In this document: positions 9,019-20,511 of the stretch, one piece after another | Position numbering within the stretch: the stretch's first letter is position 1 | How the letters are laid out: every line of letters begins with the position of its first letter | Source of the DNA: an uncultured Methanolobus sp. | GTDB taxonomy: Archaea > Halobacteriota > Methanosarcinia > Methanosarcinales > Methanosarcinaceae | NCBI GenBank assembly: GCA_963675495.1 | Contig: OY776215.1 | Location: forward strand, 448,001-512,000 | Direction of reading: 5' to 3' | DNA: 64,000 nt | The notes under the pieces: generated by a model | What the model was told of the DNA's origin: nothing | What the model saw: the letters and a program-made list of their open reading frames with translations, nothing else | Databases searched by the model: none | Translations under genes and position numbers: made by a program

Positions 9019-11679
9019 GTGTGGAAAGCCATGCACTACCCTATGACTTTAAAGAGTCACATACCGTTTATTCACTTATGGGGAAAGTGGGAAATGAATG
9101 GGTATTCTAAAAACAATAAACACACCATAGCAAACTTAGTTGACGTACTTGATGATATATTAGATCAGACATCAATTGAAGAATTATTGAAGATACTTGT
9201 AGATAGGATACCATCTTTATTTTCAGAATCTGGAAATGTATCCGCTAAAGTATCCTGGCTGGATGAGCATTGCCAGTCCCAATTCTGCGTTGAATCTGGT
9301 GTCCTCCTTACCAGTGACATTATTATACATGGCAAAAAAGAAGGTTTTATTGAGATCATAGTCGCAGGCAAGAATACAGAAGTTGAAGATAATGTAGATA
9401 TCCCCGAATATGAAAAATTGCTACACCTTATTTCCAGAATGATTTCTATCTTTTTTGAAAAAAGGAAAGAAGTTACGGAACTAGAAAAAATGGAAAAAAA
9501 GGTGAGGAATTATTACAACAAACTTGAAGATTATATATTTGTAGTGGATTTGAATGGAAATATACTTGATTTTAACAAAAGTTTTGAAAACTGCACAGGG
9601 TACACTGCCAAAGAACTCCGTCAAATGAACATTAAAGATATGCTTACACAATGCACCGGTGACTTTGGAGAATTCTCCCTGATAAAAGATGCTGTCACAC
9701 AAAAAGGCTCAACATTTGAGTTCGACTACAGATGTAAGAATGGAGACACCATGCCTTTGAGTATCACCTGCAAACCACTTGAAAATAATGAAAATAACAC
9801 CTTTATCTGTGTTGGAAAAAATATATCAGATACAAAAAAGGCCAAGTATGAACTGCAGGAATCTGAAAGAAAGTATTCAACTATCGTCGAAAAAGGTAAT
9901 GATGGGATCATTATCGTTCGGGAAGGAACAATCAGGTTTGCAAATTCAAGAATGTTAGACATTACCGGATATTCACATGAAGAGATCATCGGTGAAAAAT
10001 ATCTGAAACTTATTTCTGCAAACGGAAATAACAAATTTAGTGAGTGGCTCCGTCAATATGACAGTAAAGAAGATAATAAAATAATATCCCATATCAACTT
10101 GCTGACAAAAAATAACGAGCAGATACCTGTTGAGATCAACAGCTCGGAAATTGATTTTGAAGGGGAAGAAGCAAAACTTCTTATTATAAGGGATATCAGC
10201 AAAAGGAAAAACATCGAAGTACTTCTCGAAAAAGAAAGGGATAAACTTGAGAATTATCTGGACGTCACAGGTTCCATAATAGGTATAGTTGGACCAGACA
10301 CAAAAATTATCTTTGTTAACAAAAAAGGAGCAGAGGTTCTTGGTTACGATAAAGAGGAGATCATAGGCAAGAACTGGTTTGATAATTTCCTTCCTGAAAG
10401 TGTAAGGGAAATGACCCGGGATAATTTTATTAAAGTAATTGACGGTGAGATCGACCCACCTCAGTATTTCGAAAATCTGATTCTTACAAAAAATGGTGAA
10501 GAGAGACTAATATTCTGGCACGATGTACCTCTGGAAGATGAAAATGGTCAACGTATCGGAGTTATCAGTTCAGGAGAAGATATTACCGAGAGCAGAAAAA
10601 TGGAAGCAATGCTCATAGAATCGGAAAAGAATCTTAAAACTATATTTAACCATATTGATGACCTGATCTCTATTCACAAACCTCATGGAAAATTCATAGA
10701 CGTTAACAGAGCTGTGCTCTCATCAACCGGATATACAAAAGATGAAATGCTTAGAATGTCTCCGAAAGATATGGTCTGGCCTGGAATGAAACCCCTGATG
10801 GATGGATATACTGATCGCATAATAAAAGAGAAAAACGTTGTTTTTGAGATATATAACATTCACAAGGATGGATCCTTACTGCCTCATGAAGTAAATTCAA
10901 GGCTAATTGAATACAAAGGTGAGCAGGCAATTATCTCGGTCGCAAGGGACATAACTGAAAGAAAGAAGGCTGAAGAGAGGCTTAAAAGATATGCAGGCGA
11001 ACTTAAGCATTCTAACGAACTAAAGGATCTTTTCACGGATATTATCAGGCATGACCTGCTAACGCCTGCTAGTGTTGTCAAGGGTTATACAGAAGAACTA
11101 ATCCTTACTATCAAGGATGAAGAAGCACTCAAACTTGTGGAAAAGGTCAGAGAGAATAACAATAGACTTATCGAGCTTCTTGAAACAGCCACTAAACTGG
11201 CTAAACTGCAAAATAAAGAAGATATTACTTTTGAAAATAGGGATATTCTTCCTGTTTTTAAAATGGTATTGGACAGTTTCAAAGCCCAGATAGAAATGAA
11301 AGAGCATGAAATTATCTTCACCGGAGAAGGACCTTACCTGTCGATGGTCAATACAATTATTGAAGAGGTTTTTTCAAACCTCCTTTCGAATGCTATTAAA
11401 TACAGCCCTCCAAAAACTGAGATAGAAATAGCTTTTACCGATGAAGATGACATGTGGAAAATAAGTGTTGCTGACTTTGGGATTGGTATTCCCGATGAAG
11501 ATAAACCACTTCTTTTTACTCGTTTCCATCGTGCCGATAAAAAAGGCATAAAAGGGACAGGTCTTGGCCTTGCTATAGTTAAAAGGATAATAGAACTACA
11601 CGACGGCAAATATGGAGTGGAAGATAATCCAAAAGGAGAAGGCAGTGTTTTCTGGGTTACTGTAAAAAAGGCTGCATAA
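9019..11679 (+). CDS. Multi-PAS sensor histidine kinase (true start possibly 9094)
   Basis: Four PAS-like repeats ending in ..DI(S/T); RHDLLTP, NLLSNAIKY, DFGIGI and GTGLGL motifs. Confidence 0.9.
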   Translation: MWKAMHYPMTLKSHIPFIHLWGKWEMNGYSKNNKHTIANLVDVLDDILDQTSIEELLKILVDRIPSLFSESGNVSAKVSWLDEHCQSQFCVESGVLLTSDIIIHGKKEGFIEIIVAGKNTEVEDNVDIPEYEKLLHLISRMISIFFEKRKEVTELEKMEKKVRNYYNKLEDYIFVVDLNGNILDFNKSFENCTGYTAKELRQMNIKDMLTQCTGDFGEFSLIKDAVTQKGSTFEFDYRCKNGDTMPLSITCKPLENNENNTFICVGKNISDTKKAKYELQESERKYSTIVEKGNDGIIIVREGTIRFANSRMLDITGYSHEEIIGEKYLKLISANGNNKFSEWLRQYDSKEDNKIISHINLLTKNNEQIPVEINSSEIDFEGEEAKLLIIRDISKRKNIEVLLEKERDKLENYLDVTGSIIGIVGPDTKIIFVNKKGAEVLGYDKEEIIGKNWFDNFLPESVREMTRDNFIKVIDGEIDPPQYFENLILTKNGEERLIFWHDVPLEDENGQRIGVISSGEDITESRKMEAMLIESEKNLKTIFNHIDDLISIHKPHGKFIDVNRAVLSSTGYTKDEMLRMSPKDMVWPGMKPLMDGYTDRIIKEKNVVFEIYNIHKDGSLLPHEVNSRLIEYKGEQAIISVARDITERKKAEERLKRYAGELKHSNELKDLFTDIIRHDLLTPASVVKGYTEELILTIKDEEALKLVEKVRENNNRLIELLETATKLAKLQNKEDITFENRDILPVFKMVLDSFKAQIEMKEHEIIFTGEGPYLSMVNTIIEEVFSNLLSNAIKYSPPKTEIEIAFTDEDDMWKISVADFGIGIPDEDKPLLFTRFHRADKKGIKGTGLGLAIVKRIIELHDGKYGVEDNPKGEGSVFWVTVKKAA

Positions 11680-11698
11680 TTAAAAATGCCCAATTCGA

Positions 11699-12118
11699 TC
11701 AGATCAATACTTTAAAGCGACATTCTTTATCTCCGGCAAGAATTGTTTTTTCCATTAAAACATTTACATCCCGACCCAGACCAATTTTGAATTTCTTTTT
11801 TAGATTTCCCAGGGTACAGTAACAGAGAGTTTTAGAGGCATCTTTGGTGTCCTGGTTAATAAGTGGACAGTAGCATTTATCAAAAACAACATAAACATTT
11901 TCATTTTCGATTTTAACTCTCCATTGTTGAGACAATTTTATGAGAAAATCATATTCGTTCTTAGACTCTTTTCTGATGGATAACAACCTTTCATCTGTAA
12001 GGTGAGTGAACGGACATTCTTCACCACATGTTTCCATAACTTGAATTCTTGTATTTTCATCCAGGTTTTCATCTAAACTTTTAAGTAACTGTTTAAGCCA
12101 AATATTCGTTTCAACCAT
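11699..12118 (-). CDS. DUF6144-like Cys-rich (V4R-like) protein
   Basis: CGEEC, CYCP, LCYCTLG and terminal GDKECRF pattern. Confidence 0.6.
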   Translation of the reverse strand: MVETNIWLKQLLKSLDENLDENTRIQVMETCGEECPFTHLTDERLLSIRKESKNEYDFLIKLSQQWRVKIENENVYVVFDKCYCPLINQDTKDASKTLCYCTLGNLKKKFKIGLGRDVNVLMEKTILAGDKECRFKVLI

Positions 12119-12451
12119 TTAATGCGAAACTATGATTTTACATAATAAATAGTATCTGTTTGTAGAAAAATATTATTGAATGAATTGTTTTCTTAGAGCC
12201 TATGTATTTCACTAGATAGCATTTATGCCAAATCAAATATATCATGCTTAAATAATAGCGGCTTGATACCAACCTATATGATTCACTTTAACATTATTTA
12301 AGATATTAGTAAAAATAATTTATAGCCCCACACATTTCAATTTTTTCGATTAAAATAAATAAGTTTATATGGATTCTGGTTTACTACAGTGTAAATATGT
12401 TTTGTGCTTATATTTGACTTTTTGCTTTATTAAAAGATCACTGGTGGTACT

Positions 12452-15400
12452 GTGAATTTAAAAAACGTGTTCGTACTTATTTTAGTTTTGACAGCCTCTA
12501 TCGACCTTGCAGCTTCAGACTCTTCATTTCAAACGGCTTCCTCTTCAAACGAAGCAATAAAGGGAGAAAATCTTGTGTGGGATGAGCTTACAGCACTTTC
12601 AACTACACATACATGGGATGCAAGAACTTTCTCAGGCTTTTATTATGACCTTGACTCAGACAAATACTCCGAATCCCTGACAATAACAGATATTGGAAGA
12701 ACTATTGACTACGGTAACATTGTCTATGAGGCCATACCTGTTGAAAAAAGCTTTAAACGTAGTGAATGGGGCAAGTACACCACCATCAGTTTCCTTGGAG
12801 ACGAATACTTTGCAGCCTACACCAACAACACAACGATAGAAGAATCAGAAAATACAAGTTTGTTGGCTGCAGGAAAATTAGGAATGATACTACTTGACGA
12901 AGATGATAGTTTTCCTATTTATGCGGACTCGTGCATTTTACTTGAAGAAGGATACGCCCTTGATATAGTAGAAGTCAATGTGACGGAGAACACCGTAAAT
13001 GTTTCTCTCACAAAAGATGGAGTAGAGGTTGATAGAGTTACAATACCAAGTAATACGGATTATGTCTACAAAAAAAATCGAGGTGATGCTGACAATGTCA
13101 CAATCATTTCAATACATTTCAAAGATACATACCAAGACACACCATCAAATGCTGTCTTTGTTGAAGGAATGTTCCAGATATCAGATAATTATCTGAAACT
13201 CGAAAGCGGGGATACCTTTAGCAATATGCAGATCAAAGCTGTGGATGATACTGAAATACGGATGATAAATCCACACTCTATATTCCTTGCAAAAAATAGC
13301 AATATCGGATTGATGGGCAATATTCTTTTGCGGATTGCTGATAGCGATACTCTGCGCTTCTCACCTTCAGTTGACAGGAGCGTACCTGGTACATATGGAC
13401 TAAGGGGAACTGTTGCAGAAAATAAAACTTACACATGGACACCTCTAAATTTTGAAGGTTTTTATTATGACATCAATACTAGTGTCGGGACTGAAAAACT
13501 CGATATCATTGACCTGAATGGAAGGATAATTGAAGCAGGTGACCTAGAATATACAAGCACAATTCAGGAAGTGGATTTCAAGGCTAATTTCAGCGATCTG
13601 GACCCTGCGAATTTTCCGGCAAAATATCCAGCCATGTGTTTATTTGGAGAAATGTATGTTCCCCTGACTAATAGTACCCCGGACAAGCTTACAAAATTAC
13701 TTATAGATAACAATGAAAATTATATCCTTGCACTTGAAGAAACACTCGCTATAAATGATGAATATACTCTTTTCCTGAAGCATATCAATACAGATAATAA
13801 AATGGCTTGGCTCGAACTTTCAAGGAATGGGGAAGAGATTCATGATCAGATAATAACTATAGGGAACTACGGCGACACGATAGTCTACGAAGAAGATATT
13901 GAAGACCAAGATGACGTCGAGATTATGAGAATACACCTAAACAATGTAGCACTAAACAATACAGTTACAATTGATGGTATCTGGTTAAGGGATGATAAAA
14001 ATATTGTTGAAATGAATATCGGAGACCCTTTTACTAAACTTTCGGTTTCAGAGATTGGAAAGAACTATCTCAAAATGACCAATGATGAAACTATAACTCT
14101 AATTCGTGACTCTGTCGTCGATATTGTAGGGAATTTTGTATTTAGAGTAGCAGACGATGATGTTCTGCGATATTATCCTTATACTGAAATAACAACTTCT
14201 TCAGAATTATCTATTTACACATTTACTCCGGATACCCTGAATCCAGAGTCTTATGAAGGAGATTCGATTAGTTTCAGTATCGTGCTAAGCGAAAAAGCAG
14301 ATGTCACATGGATCATGGATGAAGAAAAACTTTATAAAAATAACTCAGTCACAACTGCATCATGCAGCAATAGAAGTGCAAATATTGGAATGCATAACCT
14401 GATAGCAATTGCAGAGAATGAGAATGGAAATGTTCAAAAACAGTGGACATGGATAGTAGAAGAACATCCGCTTGAGTTCATCGATCTTGAACCTGCTAGT
14501 TACTGCTCTATGGTTATTGGTGAATCTAAAATTTTTTATGCTCGTGCCATCCAAAATTGTACAATTGAATGGTATCTCAATGATATATTGGTTCAAACTG
14601 ATCAAAACATATCAACTTCAACTTACAATTTTGATTCTTTGATAAATAACATATCTTCACCTTTAACTTATCGCATAAAAGCAATAGCATCAAACCAGAA
14701 TGAAACTTACGAAAATGAATGGCGCTGTTATGTGAAGAAAAAAACACTTCGTGAAGGACAAACATGGGAACTTAAAGATGGATACACACTGACACCATCA
14801 TTAATTGACGGAAATGGAGATAAAACCCTAATTAGCCTAAGCAAAAATGAAGAGCTGCTTGACCAACATATTGTATCGACAGACAGTTACTATTGTTATA
14901 ACAGAACGCTTAATGGAAGCGAGCAGAACCTCATAAAAGCGTATGTTGCAGATATATACCGGGGTCAAATAGATAGTTTAATTGTTATAACGGAAATTGC
15001 GCAATACTCCGATACAGGTACATTAGACACAGACCCAACAAGGCTGCTGGAACTTGAAGGGGTATGGAACCTTGGAAATGGTTATTCAATAAAAGCAGTT
15101 GATATAGGCGAAAAGGAAGATTATTGCGTACTTTTCCTTGACAAAGATGGTACAACAGTGGACGAACGAATCATGAGTGACAGTGATGCTTATGAATACC
15201 AACGAATGGATGAATACACAAATAATGTTAAAACAATTCTGGAACTTCCTGTTTTGAGTGGATTTTACTCACATTCCGGGAGCTATGTGGAATTTTTAAA
15301 TAATTACACGCTGTATCCTGATGAAAATACCGTTGACATAAATCTTCTTTTGTTGATTCCAGCAGGAGATAAGTGGAACCTTGGTAATGGTTATTCCGTC

Positions 15401-18400
15401 ACAGTAGAAGAAATATCTGACAAAAAAGCATTGTTTTCCATTGAAAAGGAAGGAACGATCGTAGACCGTGTCATAATTGATGAAAATAGTAATTATAAAT
15501 ATGAGAGATCCGACCTGGTCACCAAAGAAATTCTCCAGATAATAACAATTAATTCATCAAAGATATTTGACGGATATTCTGAAAATTTTGTTGAATTCTA
15601 TTCTGACTATCAAATTAACTCAGATGCTGGCACAGTAGCTCTTGATGACAAGACATTGATGGAACCTGGTGAATCAGCGGAATTAAATGAAGGATACTGT
15701 CTTAATTTAGTATCTACTGATATTAATGTCGATAAAGCATATTTCAACCTGACTAAGAATGGACAATTGTATGATGAATTAATCTTAAGATCTGGAGAAT
15801 ATTATCACTTCAACAGGTCAGTGAACGGAACTGAACAGACAATCATCAGTTTCCTGCTTGACAACGTTTTCACAGGTGAAACGAACAGAGTTGCAATTGT
15901 TAAAGAGATTGTCCAGAATCCAGATGTAATTATTGATGAAATAACCATTACAGAGAAGGATAACGTAAAAATTAGAAGTAACATATACAGTGGAACTGGT
16001 CTTGACGACATTATAAGTCTTGGCAATGATGATTATATTGAGATAAATGCATCCACCTTCGCGGGCTTTTTCTATAATATGGATGAAGGAGTGTCAACTG
16101 AAACACTGAGGATATTCGGTGGGAACTATTCAAACAGAAATACGGTTGATATCAATGGAATTGTTTATACTACCAGACTAGCACCAATCAAGTTTGCAAG
16201 CGACAACATAGATGGTGATTATAACGTCATTGGGCTTTTTGGTGAAAGTTACGCACCCTTAAAAACCAATAGACAAGATGAGGTTGCTAAAATACTCGTT
16301 GACAGTGATGAAAAACAAGTGTTAAGTCTTGGTGAACCTCTTGAATTACCGGAAGGTTATTCCATTGAAGCAAAGCAAATCGATGTTGAAGGGGAAAAGG
16401 TATGGATGGAGCTAACCAAAGATGGAGAATTTATCGAAGATGAAGTGATTGATGTTCCAAACACTGGTGAAACATGGATTTATGATAAGGATATTGGCGA
16501 AGAAGAGGATGTTGTGCTTATGGCAATGAATGTCACAAGCATATTCCGTGCTGACTCTGATGGTATTGTCATTATTGAAGGCCTGTGGCTGATTGACTTT
16601 GATAATATAATTCAGGTAGATATCGGAGACCAGTTCGGTGAAATGCAAGTTACTGAAATCGGCACTGATTATCTCAAATTCAGCAATCCCAGTCAGATCA
16701 ATCTAACAAAGGACTCGTCAATCAAGATTGCAAACGACTTATTCTTTGAAGTAGAAGACAATGAACACCTGAGTTTCTGCATTGCAAAAGAAACTGACAA
16801 TAGCACTACACATGAAATTAGAGGATCAATTTCAGAGAACGCGATAATATCTGAATGGACCTCTATGAACTTCAAAGGATTCTATTATGACTTTGGCGGA
16901 GATGCTGAAACTGAAAAACTCAGCGTTGAACTGTCTGACAGGAACATAGAAGAAAATGACCTGATATATGAAACGGTCTCCATGCAGGCCGGTTTCGAAC
17001 GTGAAGAATGGGGAGAATATACAGCTATAGGATTCCTTGGAGAGAAATACCTGACAGCTTATACCGAATCAACTGCATTTGATACCAGCACCACAAACCT
17101 GCTCTCAAGTGCCATGTTATCCAGAGTTCTCATGGATGATAATGACAGCTATGTCCTTTATCCTCATTCAAGAATTATTCTTGAGGATGGATATGAACTT
17201 GGGGTCCGTGCTATTAATGCAAGCAATAATAGTGTCATTTTGTCAATCTCAAAGGACGAAGCAGAAGTTGATACTGCCATAGTTCATGCAAATAGTGATT
17301 ACACGTACAAGACGGATCTATCGCTTGTCAACAACGTAACAACTATTGCAGTTCATTTCAATGGCATCACTAACGACAGCGATACAAACAGCATATCTAT
17401 AGAAGGCATATTCCAGATATCGGATGAATGCCTTAACCTGGACATCGGTGATACATACGGAAAGGTGAAAATATCCTGTATTTCTGCTGACAGTATAAGC
17501 ATGGATAACGGAAATGATATACTGCTCTCAAAAGACAGTAGTATAAACATAACAGAGAACATACATTTCAGGGTTGCAGATGATGACGACATCAGGTTCT
17601 ATCCATTCATGATGATCAACGCACCTTCTCTGGAGTTCCATACCCTGACACCTGGAAATCATGATCTTGAAATGGAGACGGGCTCCACGCAGAATTTCGA
17701 CATCACTGCAAACAATATCTGTAATTTTACCTGGATGGTTAATGATATTGCAATGCAGGCCAATATTTCATGCACATCGTCCTTTTATTCATATACTCCT
17801 GCTTCTGCAGGTTCATACAATGTAACAATTGTTGCCGAAACTGCAACTGAAAAGATCCATGATACATGGAACATTGTAGTGACCAGTAAAGAATCAACTA
17901 CCACAACAACCCCATCATCCGGCGGTTCATCTGACGGCGGCGGTGGAGGTGGCTCCACGGGAGAAGATTACGATAATATTCTGAAAAAGGAAGTAATACG
18001 TGAAATTGTAAACAAGGATACGGAAACTTCCTACTACTTTGAGGAAGAATTGAATGCGCTCGAATCCATAAAGTTCACTGCACTTAAGAATTCAGGACCA
18101 ATTTCAGCAACAATCGAAGTTCTGAAAGGCAGCTCATCATTCACAGATACAGCACCTTCTGATATAGTCTACCAGAATATGAATATCTGGATCGGTAAAA
18201 AAGGATTTGCAACTCCTGAAAATATCAAGGATGTAAGAATCCAGTTCAAAGTAGCAAAGACATGGATAAAGGAAAACGGTATTATTGAATCCTCAATTTG
18301 TCTGTGCAGATACAATGATGATAGCTGGAATCAGTTGAGCACTCTAAAAGTTGACGAGGATGAGAATTATATCTATTTCATATCTGAAACACCCGGTTTC

Positions 18401-18622
18401 TCACCATTTGCCATAACAGGAAATACCGGGAAAGAGTTGTCAGGTCAAGAGGATACGCGGTATAACCAACCGATTGGAGATATACAAAGTGACACTCCTA
18501 CTTCTGGAAATGAAAGTGAAGATAAGTCCACTGAGCAAAGTACAAACACTCCCGGAGTTAGTGTTGGATTGATTGCAACAATTGTGTCGTTTGCAGCTTT
18601 GGTTTTGAGGAAAAGGAATTGA
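12452..18622 (+). CDS. Large S-layer-domain (DUF1608) surface protein with PGF-pre-PGF domain and C-terminal anchor
   Basis: Signal peptide; four F.GF(Y/F)Y blocks typical of Methanosarcina-type S-layer repeats; Thr/Gly linker; ETPGFSPFAI; terminal PGV + TM + RKRN. Confidence 0.85.
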   Translation: MNLKNVFVLILVLTASIDLAASDSSFQTASSSNEAIKGENLVWDELTALSTTHTWDARTFSGFYYDLDSDKYSESLTITDIGRTIDYGNIVYEAIPVEKSFKRSEWGKYTTISFLGDEYFAAYTNNTTIEESENTSLLAAGKLGMILLDEDDSFPIYADSCILLEEGYALDIVEVNVTENTVNVSLTKDGVEVDRVTIPSNTDYVYKKNRGDADNVTIISIHFKDTYQDTPSNAVFVEGMFQISDNYLKLESGDTFSNMQIKAVDDTEIRMINPHSIFLAKNSNIGLMGNILLRIADSDTLRFSPSVDRSVPGTYGLRGTVAENKTYTWTPLNFEGFYYDINTSVGTEKLDIIDLNGRIIEAGDLEYTSTIQEVDFKANFSDLDPANFPAKYPAMCLFGEMYVPLTNSTPDKLTKLLIDNNENYILALEETLAINDEYTLFLKHINTDNKMAWLELSRNGEEIHDQIITIGNYGDTIVYEEDIEDQDDVEIMRIHLNNVALNNTVTIDGIWLRDDKNIVEMNIGDPFTKLSVSEIGKNYLKMTNDETITLIRDSVVDIVGNFVFRVADDDVLRYYPYTEITTSSELSIYTFTPDTLNPESYEGDSISFSIVLSEKADVTWIMDEEKLYKNNSVTTASCSNRSANIGMHNLIAIAENENGNVQKQWTWIVEEHPLEFIDLEPASYCSMVIGESKIFYARAIQNCTIEWYLNDILVQTDQNISTSTYNFDSLINNISSPLTYRIKAIASNQNETYENEWRCYVKKKTLREGQTWELKDGYTLTPSLIDGNGDKTLISLSKNEELLDQHIVSTDSYYCYNRTLNGSEQNLIKAYVADIYRGQIDSLIVITEIAQYSDTGTLDTDPTRLLELEGVWNLGNGYSIKAVDIGEKEDYCVLFLDKDGTTVDERIMSDSDAYEYQRMDEYTNNVKTILELPVLSGFYSHSGSYVEFLNNYTLYPDENTVDINLLLLIPAGDKWNLGNGYSVTVEEISDKKALFSIEKEGTIVDRVIIDENSNYKYERSDLVTKEILQIITINSSKIFDGYSENFVEFYSDYQINSDAGTVALDDKTLMEPGESAELNEGYCLNLVSTDINVDKAYFNLTKNGQLYDELILRSGEYYHFNRSVNGTEQTIISFLLDNVFTGETNRVAIVKEIVQNPDVIIDEITITEKDNVKIRSNIYSGTGLDDIISLGNDDYIEINASTFAGFFYNMDEGVSTETLRIFGGNYSNRNTVDINGIVYTTRLAPIKFASDNIDGDYNVIGLFGESYAPLKTNRQDEVAKILVDSDEKQVLSLGEPLELPEGYSIEAKQIDVEGEKVWMELTKDGEFIEDEVIDVPNTGETWIYDKDIGEEEDVVLMAMNVTSIFRADSDGIVIIEGLWLIDFDNIIQVDIGDQFGEMQVTEIGTDYLKFSNPSQINLTKDSSIKIANDLFFEVEDNEHLSFCIAKETDNSTTHEIRGSISENAIISEWTSMNFKGFYYDFGGDAETEKLSVELSDRNIEENDLIYETVSMQAGFEREEWGEYTAIGFLGEKYLTAYTESTAFDTSTTNLLSSAMLSRVLMDDNDSYVLYPHSRIILEDGYELGVRAINASNNSVILSISKDEAEVDTAIVHANSDYTYKTDLSLVNNVTTIAVHFNGITNDSDTNSISIEGIFQISDECLNLDIGDTYGKVKISCISADSISMDNGNDILLSKDSSINITENIHFRVADDDDIRFYPFMMINAPSLEFHTLTPGNHDLEMETGSTQNFDITANNICNFTWMVNDIAMQANISCTSSFYSYTPASAGSYNVTIVAETATEKIHDTWNIVVTSKESTTTTTPSSGGSSDGGGGGGSTGEDYDNILKKEVIREIVNKDTETSYYFEEELNALESIKFTALKNSGPISATIEVLKGSSSFTDTAPSDIVYQNMNIWIGKKGFATPENIKDVRIQFKVAKTWIKENGIIESSICLCRYNDDSWNQLSTLKVDEDENYIYFISETPGFSPFAITGNTGKELSGQEDTRYNQPIGDIQSDTPTSGNESEDKSTEQSTNTPGVSVGLIATIVSFAALVLRKRN

Positions 18623-18717
18623 AATTTCAATCCCTCTATTCTTTATTTCAGGCTTTAGAGATTATTTGGCAGTTTTCTATGCCCAGACATGAACGAATAA
18701 AATAACTAATTTTATGC

Positions 18718-19824
18718 TTAATGCCGTTTCCTGAAGAACACAAAGAACACCATGAATATGGCCATCGGTGTCAATATGTGACCCAATGCTGCTGATTGCT
18801 CGGTTTCTCCCTCAAAGGGTTCAAGGTTTACATCTTCCGGAAGATATAATTCAGTTTCTGGATGGAATGCATACCATGCGAACCAGAAGTCACGCTCCTT
18901 TACTATTTCCTCACCTGTATCAATGTTTGTGATGGTAACAATTCCGGCTTCATCTCTTTTTATCATGATATTCGTGCCGGCAACAGTATCCTCTATTTCA
19001 CCCATTTCAATAAGATCATCTTCGCGGTAAGCTTTGAAAGTGGCATTTACCTCAACACCAAAGACCACTGTTTTGGGGTGCACACTCCTGTCTATATCCT
19101 CAACCGGGAAGAATACGAAACTATTCTCGTAATAACTACCATAGGGATCATTTCCGTAGGGTCTGTCAAATCCCGTATCCTGACTTAATACCTCTGAATC
19201 CGGATGTACGGCTTTCCATTCTCTCCAGGGTACGGTATCTATGGAAATGGAAATAAGCTCCATTCCTGTAAGTTCACCCACAATGGCCTGTCCTCCTATC
19301 TGGGTCCAATAAGAGTTTGTTTTCCTGTCATACATCACAAGATTTGAATTGTAGAGTTTTCCGGATGTACCAAACTCCACGGTTTCCCCGTTTATTGTCC
19401 GTTTGTATGCTATTCCTGAGCCACAAAGAGGACAGTAGCTTATGAGGATCGGCTCACCTTGAATCTCTTCATTGACAATCTCATGCCAGGTCATTATCTG
19501 CAGGGGATAAACCCTCTTTGTGCCATTATATATGAGTCCCAGAACCAGTTCATTATCAGCTATCCACTTGTCTGCTTCCTCAACTGTGACAAATTTTGGA
19601 TCATCTATGGATGGTATACCGTCCATTGGGGGTCCTCCGGAGACGATATCTTCGGGGTCGACTATGTATCTTACACCCATTTCAGTGAGCATTGTCCCTT
19701 GTTCTTCTTCCATCTCTGTAAGCTCAGGCAGCTTTTCTAAAAGAACTTCTTCCTGTGCAGACCCGCTTATAACAAGCATGCAGATCACTAACAAAAAAAC
19801 TGTAATTATGCGTAGGATTCTCAT
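18718..19824 (-). CDS. DUF3179 family surface protein
   Basis: GGPPMDGIPSID, HEIVN, YCPLCGSG, LVMYDRKTNSYW and FWFAWYAFHPET motifs; C-terminal TM. Confidence 0.85.
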   Translation of the reverse strand: MRILRIITVFLLVICMLVISGSAQEEVLLEKLPELTEMEEEQGTMLTEMGVRYIVDPEDIVSGGPPMDGIPSIDDPKFVTVEEADKWIADNELVLGLIYNGTKRVYPLQIMTWHEIVNEEIQGEPILISYCPLCGSGIAYKRTINGETVEFGTSGKLYNSNLVMYDRKTNSYWTQIGGQAIVGELTGMELISISIDTVPWREWKAVHPDSEVLSQDTGFDRPYGNDPYGSYYENSFVFFPVEDIDRSVHPKTVVFGVEVNATFKAYREDDLIEMGEIEDTVAGTNIMIKRDEAGIVTITNIDTGEEIVKERDFWFAWYAFHPETELYLPEDVNLEPFEGETEQSAALGHILTPMAIFMVFFVFFRKRH

Positions 19825-20510
19825 ATCAATATCTCCTGCACCTTAAACACAAATATAAGATAATATAATGAAATTACCAACATGAATAAACCTGCAAAAA
19901 GATTGATCTTCCTTTTATACTGGACAAGGAAACTTATAATTTTCATGCTTTTTGTCAGTGACAACAATGAGAAAACTATCAGAGGGAAACTTATTCCCAG
20001 TCCAAATGCAATGAAATTGAGCATATTCCCCACAAAGTCTATCGTTGTCAGGGTTTTGGCAAAAAGGGCAGCAATGAATCCGGGGTTACAGGGAACTACT
20101 ACAGCTCCAAAAAAGAAGCCATAAAGAAAAGCCGTTATCAGAGGATTTCTTCCATCTGAAACGCTTTTCTGCGGAAGGAACTTACCCAGATCATAATCCA
20201 TTATCAGCAGTATGCTGAGGACAAAGAGTATCCCAAATGCTATAGGGGATACTATTCCCACAACCTTTGTCAGAGAAACCTGAAGTATCGTTGTGAAAAC
20301 AAGTCCCAGCAGAGTCATAAAAACAATTACACCGGTACTGATGAGAATTCCAAAAAACACTGGAAGCTTTCTGTTTTCTTCCTTACCTGACATCTGGTCG
20401 GAAAGATATGCAAGAAAAGCGGGATATAGAGGCAATACGCATATTGCCGTAAGAGGAGTTAGCAAACCCAGGAAAAATGAAGTGAAAAGATTAGCAAAGA
20501 AGCCTATCAT
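19821..20510 (-). CDS. CcdA/DsbD-type thiol-disulfide membrane transporter
   Basis: About six TM segments with CVLPLYP and VPCNP cysteines. Confidence 0.8.
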   Translation of the reverse strand: MIGFFANLFTSFFLGLLTPLTAICVLPLYPAFLAYLSDQMSGKEENRKLPVFFGILISTGVIVFMTLLGLVFTTILQVSLTKVVGIVSPIAFGILFVLSILLIMDYDLGKFLPQKSVSDGRNPLITAFLYGFFFGAVVVPCNPGFIAALFAKTLTTIDFVGNMLNFIAFGLGISFPLIVFSLLSLTKSMKIISFLVQYKRKINLFAGLFMLVISLYYLIFVFKVQEILI

Positions 20511-20511
20511 T

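Noticed and set aside
17895-17960. ACA/GGC trinucleotide-like runs as a phase-variation tract
   Set aside because: They encode the ordinary Thr/Ser/Gly linker preceding PGF-pre-PGF domains.
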